Source: an uncultured delta proteobacterium (lineage in GTDB: Bacteria; Desulfobacterota; Syntrophorhabdia; Syntrophorhabdales; Syntrophorhabdaceae). Taken from it: a stretch of 57,709 nt of DNA. Positions 9,919-20,474 of the stretch are shown here, piece after piece; within the stretch, counting starts at the first letter, position 1; each line of letters starts with the position of its first letter. The position numbers were made by a program, and so were the translations under genes. The stretch covers positions 1-57,709 of the forward strand of contig CAVWHH010000026.1 of assembly GCA_963754785.1 (NCBI GenBank), given 5' to 3'. Under the pieces are notes generated by a model. It was given only the letters and a program-made list of their open reading frames with translations. It was not told the origin of the DNA and did no database searches.

Positions 9919-10274
9919 AAGAAAGATGGCGGCTTAATAGCCTTCGGTCTTGAGGCAATTCTTTCGGAAGACTGGACCAATTCGAGTTTCTTCCTCGGAT
10001 GTAATTCGATCCTTAACATTAACCAACGGATAATTCCTTCCCATCTTCCTTTGTTTGTAAACAGTGGCACGAAGTCAAAAATGATAGGGAAAATCCAGGT
10101 AAGTCGAATTCCCGGCAGCTCCGTGGATGGCGGCCATCCGGGCCAGTAACCATATGCCTATGGGAAAATATGCATATATAAGGATTGATAATCACAAAAA
10201 GGCATCCCCGCAGCACAGAGAAAGTATCTGCTATGCCGTGACCAAGGAGACTCAACCCCAATCAGGAGGTGCCA

Positions 10275-10570
10275 TATGGGACGATACGGTGGAATCGATC
10301 TTCATGCACAGAATAGTCACCGTGCGATCAGTGATGACGAGCGAAAAGAGGGTCTTCAAGAGAGATGTCACGAACGACCGGGAAACAATCCCCCTGGTTT
10401 TTTTGCCCCATGAAGCACAAAGCTCACGGGGATTGTCGTGGAGTCCATTTGTAACGGGTACTGGCTCGTCTATACCCTCATAGAGGAGGATTACACGGTC
10501 CCCGTGCCATGAAGCAGTATGCGGGCCTCAAACACCTCGATGATACGCATGACGCCTTCTAAGCTCGCCC
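10275..10570 (+). pseudogene. decayed N-terminal remnant of a second, divergent IS110-family transposase
   Basis: MGRYGGIDLHAQNSHRAISDDE...GIVVESICNGYWLVYTLIEEDYTV parallels the IS110 N-terminus at 5562, with the same ggaggtgcc RBS context. Internal stops and frameshifts are present. No C-terminal half follows. Confidence 0.55.
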
Positions 10571-11497
10571 AACTCGTATCCTTAAGGGCATCCCCACAAA
10601 GGGCTCTCATCTACCCGGGAAAGGAGCCTCCCGCGAGCACTTAATACGGCTTCGCACCTCGCTTCGTATCAGTCTTGAGAACATCAGGGCGAGTGTCTCA
10701 AGGGTGAAGATCCCTAAGCCACGGGGTCAAGAGAGGCACAGATCGTGTGAGCGGTTTAGCTTTGTGCACATAAGGGTCTTGCCCGAACGGGTAAGGTGGG
10801 CCAAGGCCTCGATGGGCATGTTCACGTCGATTGCATCTTATGGAAACGAGCACTGCACGATGGCTCCTGCTTCTGCCTTCCTTTTGACGCTTTCCGGGTT
10901 CGGCACCCCTGTCTCATCCTGTGGCAAGCACCGGGAAGAGGGCGAGAACGGCGACCGGTACCGTGCAGGGGCTTATTCCGAAGGTTACACAATCAAGACA
11001 GTCCGGTTGCTGATACGTGCGCCCACCCATACGCTCGCACGGGGAGCCTCCTCCATCATGAGGGGTCCGGTCCGTAACGATGGTGGAAGAACCGTTCGGG
11101 TAAGAATCCGAAACAAGGACGAACCAGGTTAAGGGGTTAAAGGCAATCCCGTTCCACTGAGTGGATAAGCCGTCCTTACCCCGGATACCGGCACGCGTCG
11201 TACCGCTTTGCTGGTGATACGCCCAATACGTGGTTTAAGAAAAACCCTGAGGAATGTACCCCTTCTTTGGAACACGCTCTGGTACCGACGAGGCTCTTTC
11301 CCGAGACACCCTGATCCTGATGGGTGCCCGGGTAAGGCAACGTAAGCACCGATCCCACGAACATGCGGCAAAGGCAGTGAGAGGCACAACGCCCATACGG
11401 CAGAACCGTGTTTGGTGCATAAAGGCAACTTTGTCAAAAGGAGTTGCAAGAGGAGAGGCTTAGTTTCTTGAGAAAGGCCTTTTTATGGGTACCATCA

Positions 11498-11546
11498 GAA
11501 ATCTTCATACTTTCGAAAGGCTTGCCTGGTGACAATAAGGAAGAAG
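11498..11546. repeat. Repeat family A, copy A3
   Basis: atcttcatactttcgaaaggcttgcctggtgacaataaggaagaag. Confidence 0.5.
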
Positions 11547-11749
11547 CTCTCAGGGTGGTCCCCAAATGAAAAGTTTTTCGATTTGGAATTGGGGTGAGGA
11601 ATAATGTTTGTAAGCAGTTCTTCTGAGGTTGCATGTTTCTACGATAGAAAAAACACCGAGGAGCATCTCCGGGACGCTGAAGATGAAGTTGCGGTGGAGA
11701 ATTTTTTCAGGACATCGCAGCCACTCTTCGAAGTCCACCACTGAAACAC

Positions 11750-12163
11750 TTAGACGTCAGGCCTCTGCGGGGTCCGCGGGGTTTGCTGGAGTCGTTCGAT
11801 TAGATCACGAATGGTTCGTGTATCGTCTTTACGATGCCCATGGCTCACGATGGGGTTGCTTCCTCCCACCGAATCAATTCGGATGTCGGACCATATTAAA
11901 CCCGTTTGGATATGGACCGAAGCCACTTTAGGGATCGCAATGCTCTCTTCGTTGGAACCAAAGAGTCGCGGCTTAATCCGCGTAACCCGGTTTTGATTTA
12001 CTTCAATACGCACCGGAAAAAGTAGGTTACCCGAAGTCCACCGGCTGGCGGTGCATACATGGTTGTCGTCAGCCATCGCTCTCTCTTTCGAGTCGATATT
12101 GTAAGTTGGCAAGGCATCCCTTTTCCACGCTGGAAGCATATGAAGAAAAATCTTGTGTGTCAA
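11750..12163 (-). CDS. bacterial PH-domain (bPH_2/DUF304-like) protein
   Basis: The segment LLFPVRIEVNQNRVTRIKPRLFGSNEESIAIPKVASVHIQTGLIWSDIRIDSVGG resembles the bPH_2 fold signature. The start may be the internal Met near 12076. Confidence 0.45.
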   Translation of the reverse strand: MTHKIFLHMLPAWKRDALPTYNIDSKERAMADDNHVCTASRWTSGNLLFPVRIEVNQNRVTRIKPRLFGSNEESIAIPKVASVHIQTGLIWSDIRIDSVGGSNPIVSHGHRKDDTRTIRDLIERLQQTPRTPQRPDV

Positions 12164-12722
12164 GATTCAGATGAGCTTGACCACAAAATATGGGGTGCGG
12201 TGTCGGTGATCGTTACCAGAAAAAACACGGAATTTTTTTTGAGACCGCTTAATTTGTTGTATTCGGCTGTCCATAGTTGAATATACAAGGCGATGATATT
12301 GACTGTTATGTGAGGAGAGGATTTGCGAATGAAAGTCGCAACACTGCTCTTCGGCAAGCATGGTTTCTTGGGCTTCGCTGGAAGAGAAACAACACAATTC
12401 AAAGGAAAGCACGGGTGCCACCCAAAACTCGATTCTTCCTGATCTATAATATCGCATTCCAAGATGCTCAATTTGTTGACCACGTTTCCGTTTAGTTTGC
12501 ATGCTGTTTGCGAAAATTCTTGTTCCGTGTAATGTTCCGAAAGCTCGATTCCCACGCACTTACGTCACCTACTATTTTAAGCCTCCCATTCTCATCCCGA
12601 AATCTTCCGACCGTAAAAGGGTCGAATCAATAGAAAATTTTTCTAAATATATTCAGAATTTCGTTGCAATTCTTAAAATTACATGTATCATGTAAGTTAA
12701 AATATCCTTAAGGAGGGCACGT

Positions 12723-12998
12723 ATGAACAAAGGTGAATTGATTGCAGCAATTGCAAAAGGAGCCAAGATACCGAAAAAGAGCGCAGCCAAAGCACTCACC
12801 GCTGTTATCGATGCAGTTGGTACAACACTGAAGAAGGGTGGTAAGGTTTCAGTGATAGGGTTCGGCAGTTTCTCGGTAATCCAGAGAAAAGCCAGGAAGG
12901 GGAGAAATCCGCAGACCGGCAAAGAGATCAAAATTGCGGCAAGAAAAGCCGTAAAGTTTTCAGCAGGAAAGAAGCTAAAAGAAAAAGTCAGCAAGTAA
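12723..12998 (+). CDS. hup: HU/IHF-family nucleoid-associated DNA-binding protein
   Basis: MNKGELIAAIAKGAKIPKKSAAKALTAVIDAV...GFGSFSVIQRKARKGRNPQTGKEIKIAARK is the canonical HU fold, followed by a Lys-rich tail. Confidence 0.9.
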   Translation: MNKGELIAAIAKGAKIPKKSAAKALTAVIDAVGTTLKKGGKVSVIGFGSFSVIQRKARKGRNPQTGKEIKIAARKAVKFSAGKKLKEKVSK

Positions 12999-13506
12999 CA
13001 AAACAATTTAGTTTCTCAAAGAAAATGGCAAGCTGAACGTTTTCTAATATGTCTGTCTCTAAATTACCCTGCACGGAAGGGAAGAATAGAGGCAAGATTG
13101 CAGTGTTTTTTTATTGCAGCAGCGTGAATGGTTTGCGATGCCGCGTTTCTTGACGAAGCATGGGAGAAAAAGCGGCAGACCGATGTTCGCATACGATGTC
13201 CCCGATGCGGCGGTTTCTATTCTGAGGCGTTGGGGGCTTTTTTTGTTTCGAAAGCTTCACCCATGAATCAGGTTGTATGATTGGCCGCGGCAAACTTTTC
13301 CCCCAAGACCCGTTTTTCTTTAGTTATCTTCGTGCTGCGGTGCAACCGGAAACGCATAGGTTCCCATCGCTGGCTTAAACTTCATGGTACTCATACATTA
13401 TACTTCCATGTCTTCCATTAACAAAAGGTATTTGCAGGGGTTGGGGCTTAAGCGATTCCGGTCTCTGTGTATGAATAGAACGCGCAGAAGTCAAAAGGAG
13501 TTTGAA

Positions 13507-13917
13507 ATGCCGCAATACAAACTATTTATCAGCCATTCATGGACCTATGCCGATGCTCACGAGAAGCTTCTCGATTTATTCGGTGGGAATCCACCTTTTC
13601 GTACAAGAATTATGCTGTCGCAAAGGACGATCCCGTCCACGATGCTTCCGATCAGGACCGACTCTACGAAGCCATCAGAAAACAAATTGCCCAATGATAG
13701 ATTGTAACAATCCTTGCTGGGGTCGATACCCCACACAACAAGTGAATCGACAAGGAAATCGAGATAGCAAAAAAGGAATTTCCCGCGCAGAAAGCGGCCA
13801 TTACTGTTTAGCCCTGGGGTGCGGGCAAAACACCACACACAGTCAGAAACAATGCCGAGAGGGTTATTGATTGGAACACTGACAGCATCGTTTCCCCTGT
13901 AAGAGAACCAGCCAAAT
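13507..13917 (+). pseudogene. decayed TIR-like (DUF1863 / ThsB-family) gene with one frameshift and at least three nonsense codons
   Basis: Frame 1 gives MPQYKLFISHSWTYADAHEKLLDLFGGNP. After a -1 shift in a T4 run (13596-13599) it reads NYAVAKDDPVHDASDQDRLYEAIRKQIAQ**. Then comes IVTILAGVDTPHNK*IDKEIEIAKKEFPAQKAAITV*PWGAGKTPHTVRNNAERVIDWNTDSIVSPVRE. Apart from the stops this is colinear with DUF1863 proteins (FISHSW...KEIEIAKKEF...IVGWNTDSI). Confidence 0.6.
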
Positions 13918-14150
13918 AGTTCAAATTCGAAAGGTGACCGTTTCTATTTTTTGCCTTTCTTTGCCTTCTTTGGCGCTGTCTTCTTGGTCTCTTTCTTTGG
14001 CGCGGCCTTTGTTGTTCCGCACCCTTTCATTCCACATGTCATAAGTATCACCTCCATATTAATCAATGATACGCAAGACAGGTTTTCTTGTCAAGATTAT
14101 ATTACAGAGACGATGTGGCGTGCTCTGGGCTGCATTTAAAACAGGGAGGC

Positions 14151-14343
14151 AGGAAGAATGGATTTACCCCGGAGTAGATCATCGCTATGCTCAGAGAGGC
14201 GGAAACATTGCTCTCTCAGGAAAACACGGCTGTCGAGGTGGCAAGAAAACTGGTTACCACCGAGCAGACGTACTAGCAATGGAGGAAAGAGTTCGGGGGC
14301 AAGAAGATAGACCAGGCGAAGAAGCTCAAAAAGCTCGTCTTTT
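14151..14343 (+). pseudogene. relic of an IS3-family transposase orfA (HTH part) with in-frame stops
   Basis: Reads ...FTPE*IIAMLREAETLLSQENTAVEVARKLVTTEQTY*QWRKEFGGKKIDQAKKLKKL. IS3 OrfA consensus would be PEQII...E.G.SV.EVARK.G....TYYRWRKKYGG. Confidence 0.5.
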
Positions 14344-14832
14344 AACAATTGATGCTACAAGAGCCTCGTAATTTGCGCTGTTCTGATAGCATATTCTGAA
14401 AGAGGCGTGGGCCGGCAGGAATAAGGCTGGATGCGCTTATGTGTATATAATTACTTACTATGAATTGGACTATGCCTGTCCGGGTGGGCCACCGACTATC
14501 TATACATTTCCGGAGCCGAAAAGCTTTCAAGCCATGCTTGATGATATCAGGGTATCGAAGTATATAGAGGAAAGACCATCTTTCATGGCCTATGTAATTT
14601 TGTGACGGCTGTGCAACACCTAACGGTGGACCCTGCCAAAGGGCCGGCGCAATGGGTACAAAGGCGGAAAGAACTTTTCGGCTTTGTGCCCGATCCTCAA
14701 TACCCACTCTCATGAAAATATGTGTTTCAACTATACTGAATTTTCATAGCTTGCTATAATTGCTTTTTCAATCTGGCAGGAATATGCTATCAAAAGATTG
14801 AAAATTACGGCTGCTGGATCGGAAGGAATGTA

Positions 14833-15165
14833 ATGCAGATTCTCGTCAAAGTTATTATTAGCGTGGCTATAATTCTTGCTGCCACGGCAATTGGGAAGAA
14901 GCTTCCCTCCACCGCCGGGCTCATCGGTGTTATGCCTCTTGCGGGTGCCCTTGTCCTTGTTTGGATGTATGTGGAAAACAAGGGTGACTCTAACGTCATG
15001 CAGGAATTTACAAAAGGTGCCCTTTGGGGCATTCTGCCAAGTGTTCTTTTCTATCTCGTAGCTTTCGTCTGTTTCAAGAAGCAACTCCCGCTGCCGATCG
15101 TTCTTGTGTCAAGTTTTGGTGTGTGGGTGATAGCGGCATTCGTTCACCAATGGATGTTGAAATGA
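14833..15165 (+). CDS. small 4-TM membrane protein (DUF3147-like)
   Basis: 110 aa, hydrophobic, with the pattern SVAIILAATAIGKKLPSTAGLIGVMPLAGALVLVWMY. Family assignment is from memory only. Confidence 0.4.
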   Translation: MQILVKVIISVAIILAATAIGKKLPSTAGLIGVMPLAGALVLVWMYVENKGDSNVMQEFTKGALWGILPSVLFYLVAFVCFKKQLPLPIVLVSSFGVWVIAAFVHQWMLK

Positions 15166-15589
15166 AAAAGACTTTCCAACAAGGCAATATAGCCGACGTC
15201 TCACAGTCGCGCTGATCTCGTCGTTATAGCAATCTGATGGTCGGTCATGCAGGTAAGTGAGCCTAAGAATGCACAAAGACCAGTAGTGTAGAAGATCAAA
15301 AACCAAATGAGGCCAGTCCCAAGCATTTGGAAGGAACAGCGACTTGTCGAGTCATGTGATGTAGACACCTTGGGCCGACTACGTCCGCAGGCACTCTTTG
15401 CGTATCTGTTAGACTCGGCCTGAACCATGTCAATGGAACACACCACGGTCACGACGAAATGTTAACACGAAGCCTGGTGTTGGTGTTGATAAAGGTGCAG
15501 ATACTAATCAAACGCTTACCCGAATGGGGTGAATAGATCACAATCGAAACATAGGGAAAGCGGATAGTAAGGCTCTACGCACTGCGCAA

Positions 15590-16055
15590 CTTCACGATAA
15601 ATTCAGGTGCAGGCGAAAAACTGATCTCGGCTACTTCGTCTTGGATGATACTCGACACGACAAGCGGCCGGCCGCAATGATTTGACCAGAAATCAGATAG
15701 CCTTCTGTGACAACGGGGAAAGGATGGGATAGAAACCGATCTGGGAAAGGTGCGGGCGCTGAAAAGCGGCAAGGAGCTTGCACGGTTCCGCTTGCTTTTT
15801 TCCGACATTGATGTGAACCGACATGTGAATTCTATCAAGTACTTGCAGTGGATGATAGATAGCCATTCATATGAAAATCTTGAAGCGACGGAGCCCAGAT
15901 CAATCGAACTTAGCTCCTTTTCAGAGGCGCCGCCAAAGGACGAAGTGAGAGTACTCTCGGAAGGAGCGGAAGACCAAGAATTGTGCTCTGTGAGACGCGC
16001 CGGTGAAGGCAAGGAGCTTTGCCGGGCAAGGTTCCGATGGCGCCGATCAGAATAA
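15590..16055 (+). pseudogene. fragments of an acyl-ACP thioesterase gene (N-terminally truncated, internal stops)
   Basis: GAGEKLISATSSWMILDTTSGRPQ*...*QRGKDGIETDLGKVRALKSGKELARFRLLFSDIDVNRHVNSIKYLQWMIDSHSYENLEATEPRSIELSSFSEA matches the acyl-ACP thioesterase hotdog repeats (ATSvWvmmnkkTRR...; DiDvNgHVNNvkYi.Wile). Confidence 0.55.
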
Positions 16056-16264
16056 AAGGCAGCTATCAGACGGGGGTTGTAAGCAAAAATGCTACCGAAC
16101 GGGAGATAGGTAAAATACATTCCAAGTACGCCGGTAACGCTTTGGTCGAAATATTGCTCGCCTTCTTTTCTCCGGTTAATCCAAATTTTATAAGACCAAC
16201 AGAGAAAATGCTATAAGCTATACATTTAAAAATACTTCTTTTTAGAACTTTTCTTTTCTTATTC

Positions 16265-16695
16265 TTGATTTTAGGGCTCATAACATTCATAGACGTCTCA
16301 CTTTCCCATGCCATTATTCGCACAGTCACCGGAACAGTTACCAAAAGATCAGATGGGAATACTGTACACATCACAACGCCAGAGCAAACACAACTTAGAG
16401 CTAGACTGCTATATGGTATAGATGCATCCGAAAAGGGTAAGATCAACAATCACACATGCCGCATCAACATACCAGGACAACCGTATGGAGGAGAATCATG
16501 AAAAGCTCTTGAAAAAAAAGTAAAATTATGAGAAAGCCCGTAGGGCTGAACATCATCACCATTGACCAACCCAAAAGAATGGTGGGGATAATATGGATAG
16601 ACAACCGCAATATCAACCTTGAGATACTTAGCGAAGGATATACCGAAGCCTTTGTTGAATATCATAGAGCGCCTTACCGGTCACGGTTTATAGAG
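16265..16695 (+). pseudogene. secreted thermonuclease (SNase-like) gene, frameshifted
   Basis: The N-part (16265..16501) has a signal peptide plus VTGTVTKRSDGNTVHITTPEQTQLRARLLYGIDASEKGK...QPYGGES. The C-part (16528..16695, other frame) reads LNIITIDQPKRMVGIIWIDNRNINLEILSEGYTEAFVEYHRAPYRSRF. Together these are colinear with staphylococcal-nuclease family proteins. Confidence 0.55.
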
Positions 16696-16818
16696 ACAAA
16701 ATAGAAAGCAAGGCCAACAAAAAAGAAACATGGTCACTGCAAAAATATGAGAGACCGAGAGATTTCCGCAAAAGGTTAACAGTGAAAGGTTGAGAGCAGT
16801 GCACAAAGATCGGCACGC

Positions 16819-18117
16819 TTATCCAGAAGGTACCCTATGAAGCAGGCGCTGGAGACGATGTTCCAGTGGTATACGTTCAGCATCACTCAAACGCGTCTCT
16901 TCGTGTAAGAGGTTGTGTACAATTTCCAGGGCTTTTCCGAATTCATGGGTATGGTGTTCATAGAATTTGGCAAGTTCTTCGACTGCGAAGAGGTCACGCG
17001 GGTTTGCTGCAACAAGATCCTGCCAAAGTTTGGTAGCATCTTCCCAACGATGCATTTTTTTGTATATGAGGGAGAGTGATCGTCGTGCGCCCATCACCAC
17101 ATCCAAGTGTGGGGACATGATTAATGATTCGAGCATTCTTCCAGCTTTTTGAAGATCGCCGCGATCGTAGATTAATCCAGCCAATTTGAGGAGGTCCCCA
17201 TGATGGCCGTGGTTTATCTCCTCGCTTCCTTGTACGAGGTCAGTCAAGTATTTCAAGAGTGCTGCCATGGAGACGATGTCCAATTTGTTATGTTTGAACA
17301 CGTCTTCCAGTAGCCTTCCATCATGTTGTTGAAGCCAGTCGAAATAGCGTTGGGGAATTTCAAAGCCGGGCACATCTTCGTCACGCCTCACCCCGAGGAC
17401 ATGTGTTTCGATCGTTGCAAGGCATGCGTTCTCCAAGCGGTGGGAAAGAATCCTTCTACTCGGGTGGAGCAGATCAATATGTGGCATGGCTGACAGGGTG
17501 TCTTGACAGCGATTGAGGATGAACCGTGTTGAAAGAAGATTCAAGTCATAGGTCCTGCCGTTGAAGGTCACAAGAAAATCTTTGGTCGATGCGAACTCGC
17601 TGAGATAAGCGAGCATGGCCCTTTCCTCGGAAAAGTCACGTGCAAAGAGCTGGCACGTAATGAACGAATCTTCCTCGAACCATCCGAGCCCGATAAGGAA
17701 GGGGAAGGTTCCAGTGCCGCCAGCAAGGCCTGTGGTCTCGGTATCAAGGAACAGGCCACCCGCTATTGACATGTCTTGAAGAGCCTGATGGCCGACGAGG
17801 AAGGCTGCTGCCTTCATACTGGGACGGGCGAATTCGCAGATACGGCAATGGCCGTGGGCATCATCCGCGTTCAGGGTGTTGCGGGACAAGAAGAAGGTTC
17901 CGTACGCTGTCCGAGCTTCCTCACAGGCAATAACAGCCTCCAGTGGCATTGCACTTCTTCGCGTCTCAGGCATTCTTGCCGGAACAATGCGTTCCCGGCG
18001 GTTCATGACGCTGTCTATCTTTCTGCGGAGCTCGCTCATCTTCTCTTGTTGGGTGTTATCACTGAAAGGTTTGTTTGTTTCGCTGACAAGGCGATCCAAG
18101 CGGCTCTTAAGACTCAT
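16819..18117 (-). CDS. mrfB: DnaQ/DEDDh-type 3'-5' exonuclease with C-terminal TPR-like region (MrfB/YprB-like)
   Basis: Exo motif I is LFLDTETTGLAGG, motif II is FNGRTYDLNLL, and a downstream H...D is present. The C-terminus is helical and TPR-like. The start ATG overlaps the helicase stop (ATGA), indicating translational coupling. Confidence 0.7.
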   Translation of the reverse strand: MSLKSRLDRLVSETNKPFSDNTQQEKMSELRRKIDSVMNRRERIVPARMPETRRSAMPLEAVIACEEARTAYGTFFLSRNTLNADDAHGHCRICEFARPSMKAAAFLVGHQALQDMSIAGGLFLDTETTGLAGGTGTFPFLIGLGWFEEDSFITCQLFARDFSEERAMLAYLSEFASTKDFLVTFNGRTYDLNLLSTRFILNRCQDTLSAMPHIDLLHPSRRILSHRLENACLATIETHVLGVRRDEDVPGFEIPQRYFDWLQQHDGRLLEDVFKHNKLDIVSMAALLKYLTDLVQGSEEINHGHHGDLLKLAGLIYDRGDLQKAGRMLESLIMSPHLDVVMGARRSLSLIYKKMHRWEDATKLWQDLVAANPRDLFAVEELAKFYEHHTHEFGKALEIVHNLLHEETRLSDAERIPLEHRLQRLLHRVPSG

Positions 18118-20474
18118 TGCCTCTCTACCAGATCGAGAATCTGCACAGCCGCGTTTTTGGCCGAAGGTCCCACCTCCAGCAAGGGTCCAACGCACATAGG
18201 GCACCCGTGTTCACAAGGGCACGAGGTAATGACTGACCGAACAGCCTGTATCAACTCATCGTGTCTCTCGAACAGGTTCTCCGAAAAGCCGATGCCGCCG
18301 GGATAGGCGTCGAAGATAAAGACAGTTGGGTCATAGGCGTTTTCCATGACATTCACGGGCTGGCTTGGGCTTGCTGTTATGACTCTACGGTTACTCGCGG
18401 GGCGAACATACCATTCGCCGCTCTTGTCGCCGATACCCCAATCGACATCACGGATATCCGACATGACGAGCATGGCCGAAATGTGATGCAGACAGTATGC
18501 AAGCCCGGCAAGCCCGTCAACGATATCCAAGCGGGTGAGCTGTAGCGAATTGAGTAGATCCCAAGGGATAGTAAACCAGTAACTCGTCGTGTGCATGTCT
18601 CTTTCGGGCAGGTCCACATCGCCGTAGCCTACGTTTTCCGAAGTATAGAACTTGATCTTTTTGTAGCCCACAACCTTGCGGGACACCTGCACCTCGCCAT
18701 GCTCAACAATGACGTTACCCTTCATCTTCTTGTCAAAATCGTCTATGACGCGGACACCGGTATAAGTCATAGCATCGGTGTAGTAATCCACGTCCACCTT
18801 TCTGACATACGCCTTCTTGCGCTCCAGATCGAGCTTGTCGACGTGGTACTGCTGCGACTCCACCATGTAAATAGCACCATCGTGGACTGTAGTGAAGGCG
18901 CTGTCCCAGTCCACTTCGGCGATCACCTTATGATTTACCGTCTCGGTGGTGTCCACCACGACAATGTTTTCGGGGTTGACGGTCCGTAGGCTCACTTCAT
19001 CCGCCGGATAGCTCTCGGCTGCCCAGTGCCAGCGCTGGTCCACCCGGTGAAGCACACCCTTTTCCTCCAAGTAAGCGAGCAGTTCCATGAGATCTTCTTT
19101 ACCGAACCGCTCACCTTCTTCAAAGGGAAGCTCAAATGCCGCGCTCTTGATGTGGTGGAGCAGGATCAACAGGTTATCCGGGTTGACACGACAGTATTCC
19201 GGGGACCGGGTAAAAAAGTAGTCCGGGTTCTCCACAATGAACTGGTCCATAGGGTTGCTCTTTGCAATCAGGATCGCCAGACTGTGCCCTGTTCTGCGGC
19301 CTGCCCTGCCAGCCTGCTGCCAGGTGCTGGCAATTGAACCTGGATACCCCACCATGATGCACGCCTCCAAGTCGCCGATGTCGATGCCCAGTTCAAGGGC
19401 ATTCGTGCTTACGACCCCCATGACGCTGCGCTCGCGCAGGCCCTTTTCAATCTCCCGCCTGAGATTAGGCAGGTAACCGCCGCGATAGCCTGTCACATAG
19501 TGATCATTGCCGGGAATTCTCCCCCTAAATATATCCTTGAGATACTTGGTGAGCACTTCCACAGTTAGCCTGCTCGTGGTGAAGGCAATGGTCTGTATCT
19601 TGTTATCTATGAGGTCGCTCGTTATGTTGCGTGCAGGGGACAGGGCTGATTGACGTATGCCCAGTTCTTTATTTACGATGGGCGGATTGTAGAGAATGAA
19701 GGTTTTGGCCGACCTTGGCGCACCACTCTCGTCGATGAGAGCTATATCCTTCTCCAAGAGGTCTTCTGCATGCTCTTTGGGGTTCGCCACCGTTGCCGAA
19801 CAACAGATAAAAATGGGGTCCTGTCCGTAGAAGCGGCAGATCCTTTTTAGACGCCGAAACACGTTGGTCACATGGCTGCCGAAAACGCCACGATAGACGT
19901 GAAGTTCATCAACGACCACATATTTCAGGTTGGAAAAGAGTTTCTGCCATTTAGTGTGATGCGGCAGAATGCCGGCGTGCAGCATGTCCGGGTTGGTGAC
20001 CACCACGTGGCCCTGCTTGCGGATGGCCTGTCTGGCATCGTCGGGTGTGTCGCCGTCATAGGTGAAGGTCTTGATGTTCGCCTTTAGTTCTCCAATGAGG
20101 CCATGCACCTCTGTCATCTGGTCATTGGCCAGGGCCTTTGTGGGAAAAAGATAGATGGCTCTGGTTTCGGGTTCCTCAAGGATCTTCTGGAGTACGGGGA
20201 TGTTATAGCACAATGTCTTACCGCTGGCCGTAGAAGTGACAAGAACCACGTCCCTGCCTTGACGGACCAAGTCGATGGCACGTACCTGGTGGCTGTAGAG
20301 TTTTGTGATGCCGCGTTTGGTAAGGACCTTCTGTAAAAGAGGATTTATCCAGCGAGGGTATTGATCAAAACTACCTTCTAACGCGGGGATGTGCTTAATG
20401 GATGTCGCATTTTCCCGGAAACGTTTGTCGTTCTCAGCGCGCGCCAGCCATTCTGAAAGGCTTAAGTTAGCCAT
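18114..20474 (-). CDS. mrfA: DEAD/DEAH-box (DExH) helicase with C-terminal DUF1998 zinc-ribbon domain (MrfA/YprA-like)
   Basis: Walker A is LVTSTASGKT and the DExH box is VVVDELHVYRG. Helicase C motifs include QQAGRAGRR. The C-terminus carries SCPCEHGCPMCVGP, the DUF1998 Cys cluster. The protein is 786 aa. Confidence 0.8.
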   Translation of the reverse strand: MANLSLSEWLARAENDKRFRENATSIKHIPALEGSFDQYPRWINPLLQKVLTKRGITKLYSHQVRAIDLVRQGRDVVLVTSTASGKTLCYNIPVLQKILEEPETRAIYLFPTKALANDQMTEVHGLIGELKANIKTFTYDGDTPDDARQAIRKQGHVVVTNPDMLHAGILPHHTKWQKLFSNLKYVVVDELHVYRGVFGSHVTNVFRRLKRICRFYGQDPIFICCSATVANPKEHAEDLLEKDIALIDESGAPRSAKTFILYNPPIVNKELGIRQSALSPARNITSDLIDNKIQTIAFTTSRLTVEVLTKYLKDIFRGRIPGNDHYVTGYRGGYLPNLRREIEKGLRERSVMGVVSTNALELGIDIGDLEACIMVGYPGSIASTWQQAGRAGRRTGHSLAILIAKSNPMDQFIVENPDYFFTRSPEYCRVNPDNLLILLHHIKSAAFELPFEEGERFGKEDLMELLAYLEEKGVLHRVDQRWHWAAESYPADEVSLRTVNPENIVVVDTTETVNHKVIAEVDWDSAFTTVHDGAIYMVESQQYHVDKLDLERKKAYVRKVDVDYYTDAMTYTGVRVIDDFDKKMKGNVIVEHGEVQVSRKVVGYKKIKFYTSENVGYGDVDLPERDMHTTSYWFTIPWDLLNSLQLTRLDIVDGLAGLAYCLHHISAMLVMSDIRDVDWGIGDKSGEWYVRPASNRRVITASPSQPVNVMENAYDPTVFIFDAYPGGIGFSENLFERHDELIQAVRSVITSCPCEHGCPMCVGPLLEVGPSAKNAAVQILDLVERQ

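Noticed and set aside
10560-11460. Possible group II intron or structured RNA in the 0.9-kb gap after the IS110 remnant (a GTGCG motif on the minus strand near 11056, GC-rich)
   Set aside because: I could not find a convincing domain V (GAGCCGTAT...ACGTACGGTTC-like helix) or an intron-encoded reverse-transcriptase ORF on either strand. The ORFs there (10704..11132, 10796..11077, 11129..11449) have no recognisable family. Left unannotated.
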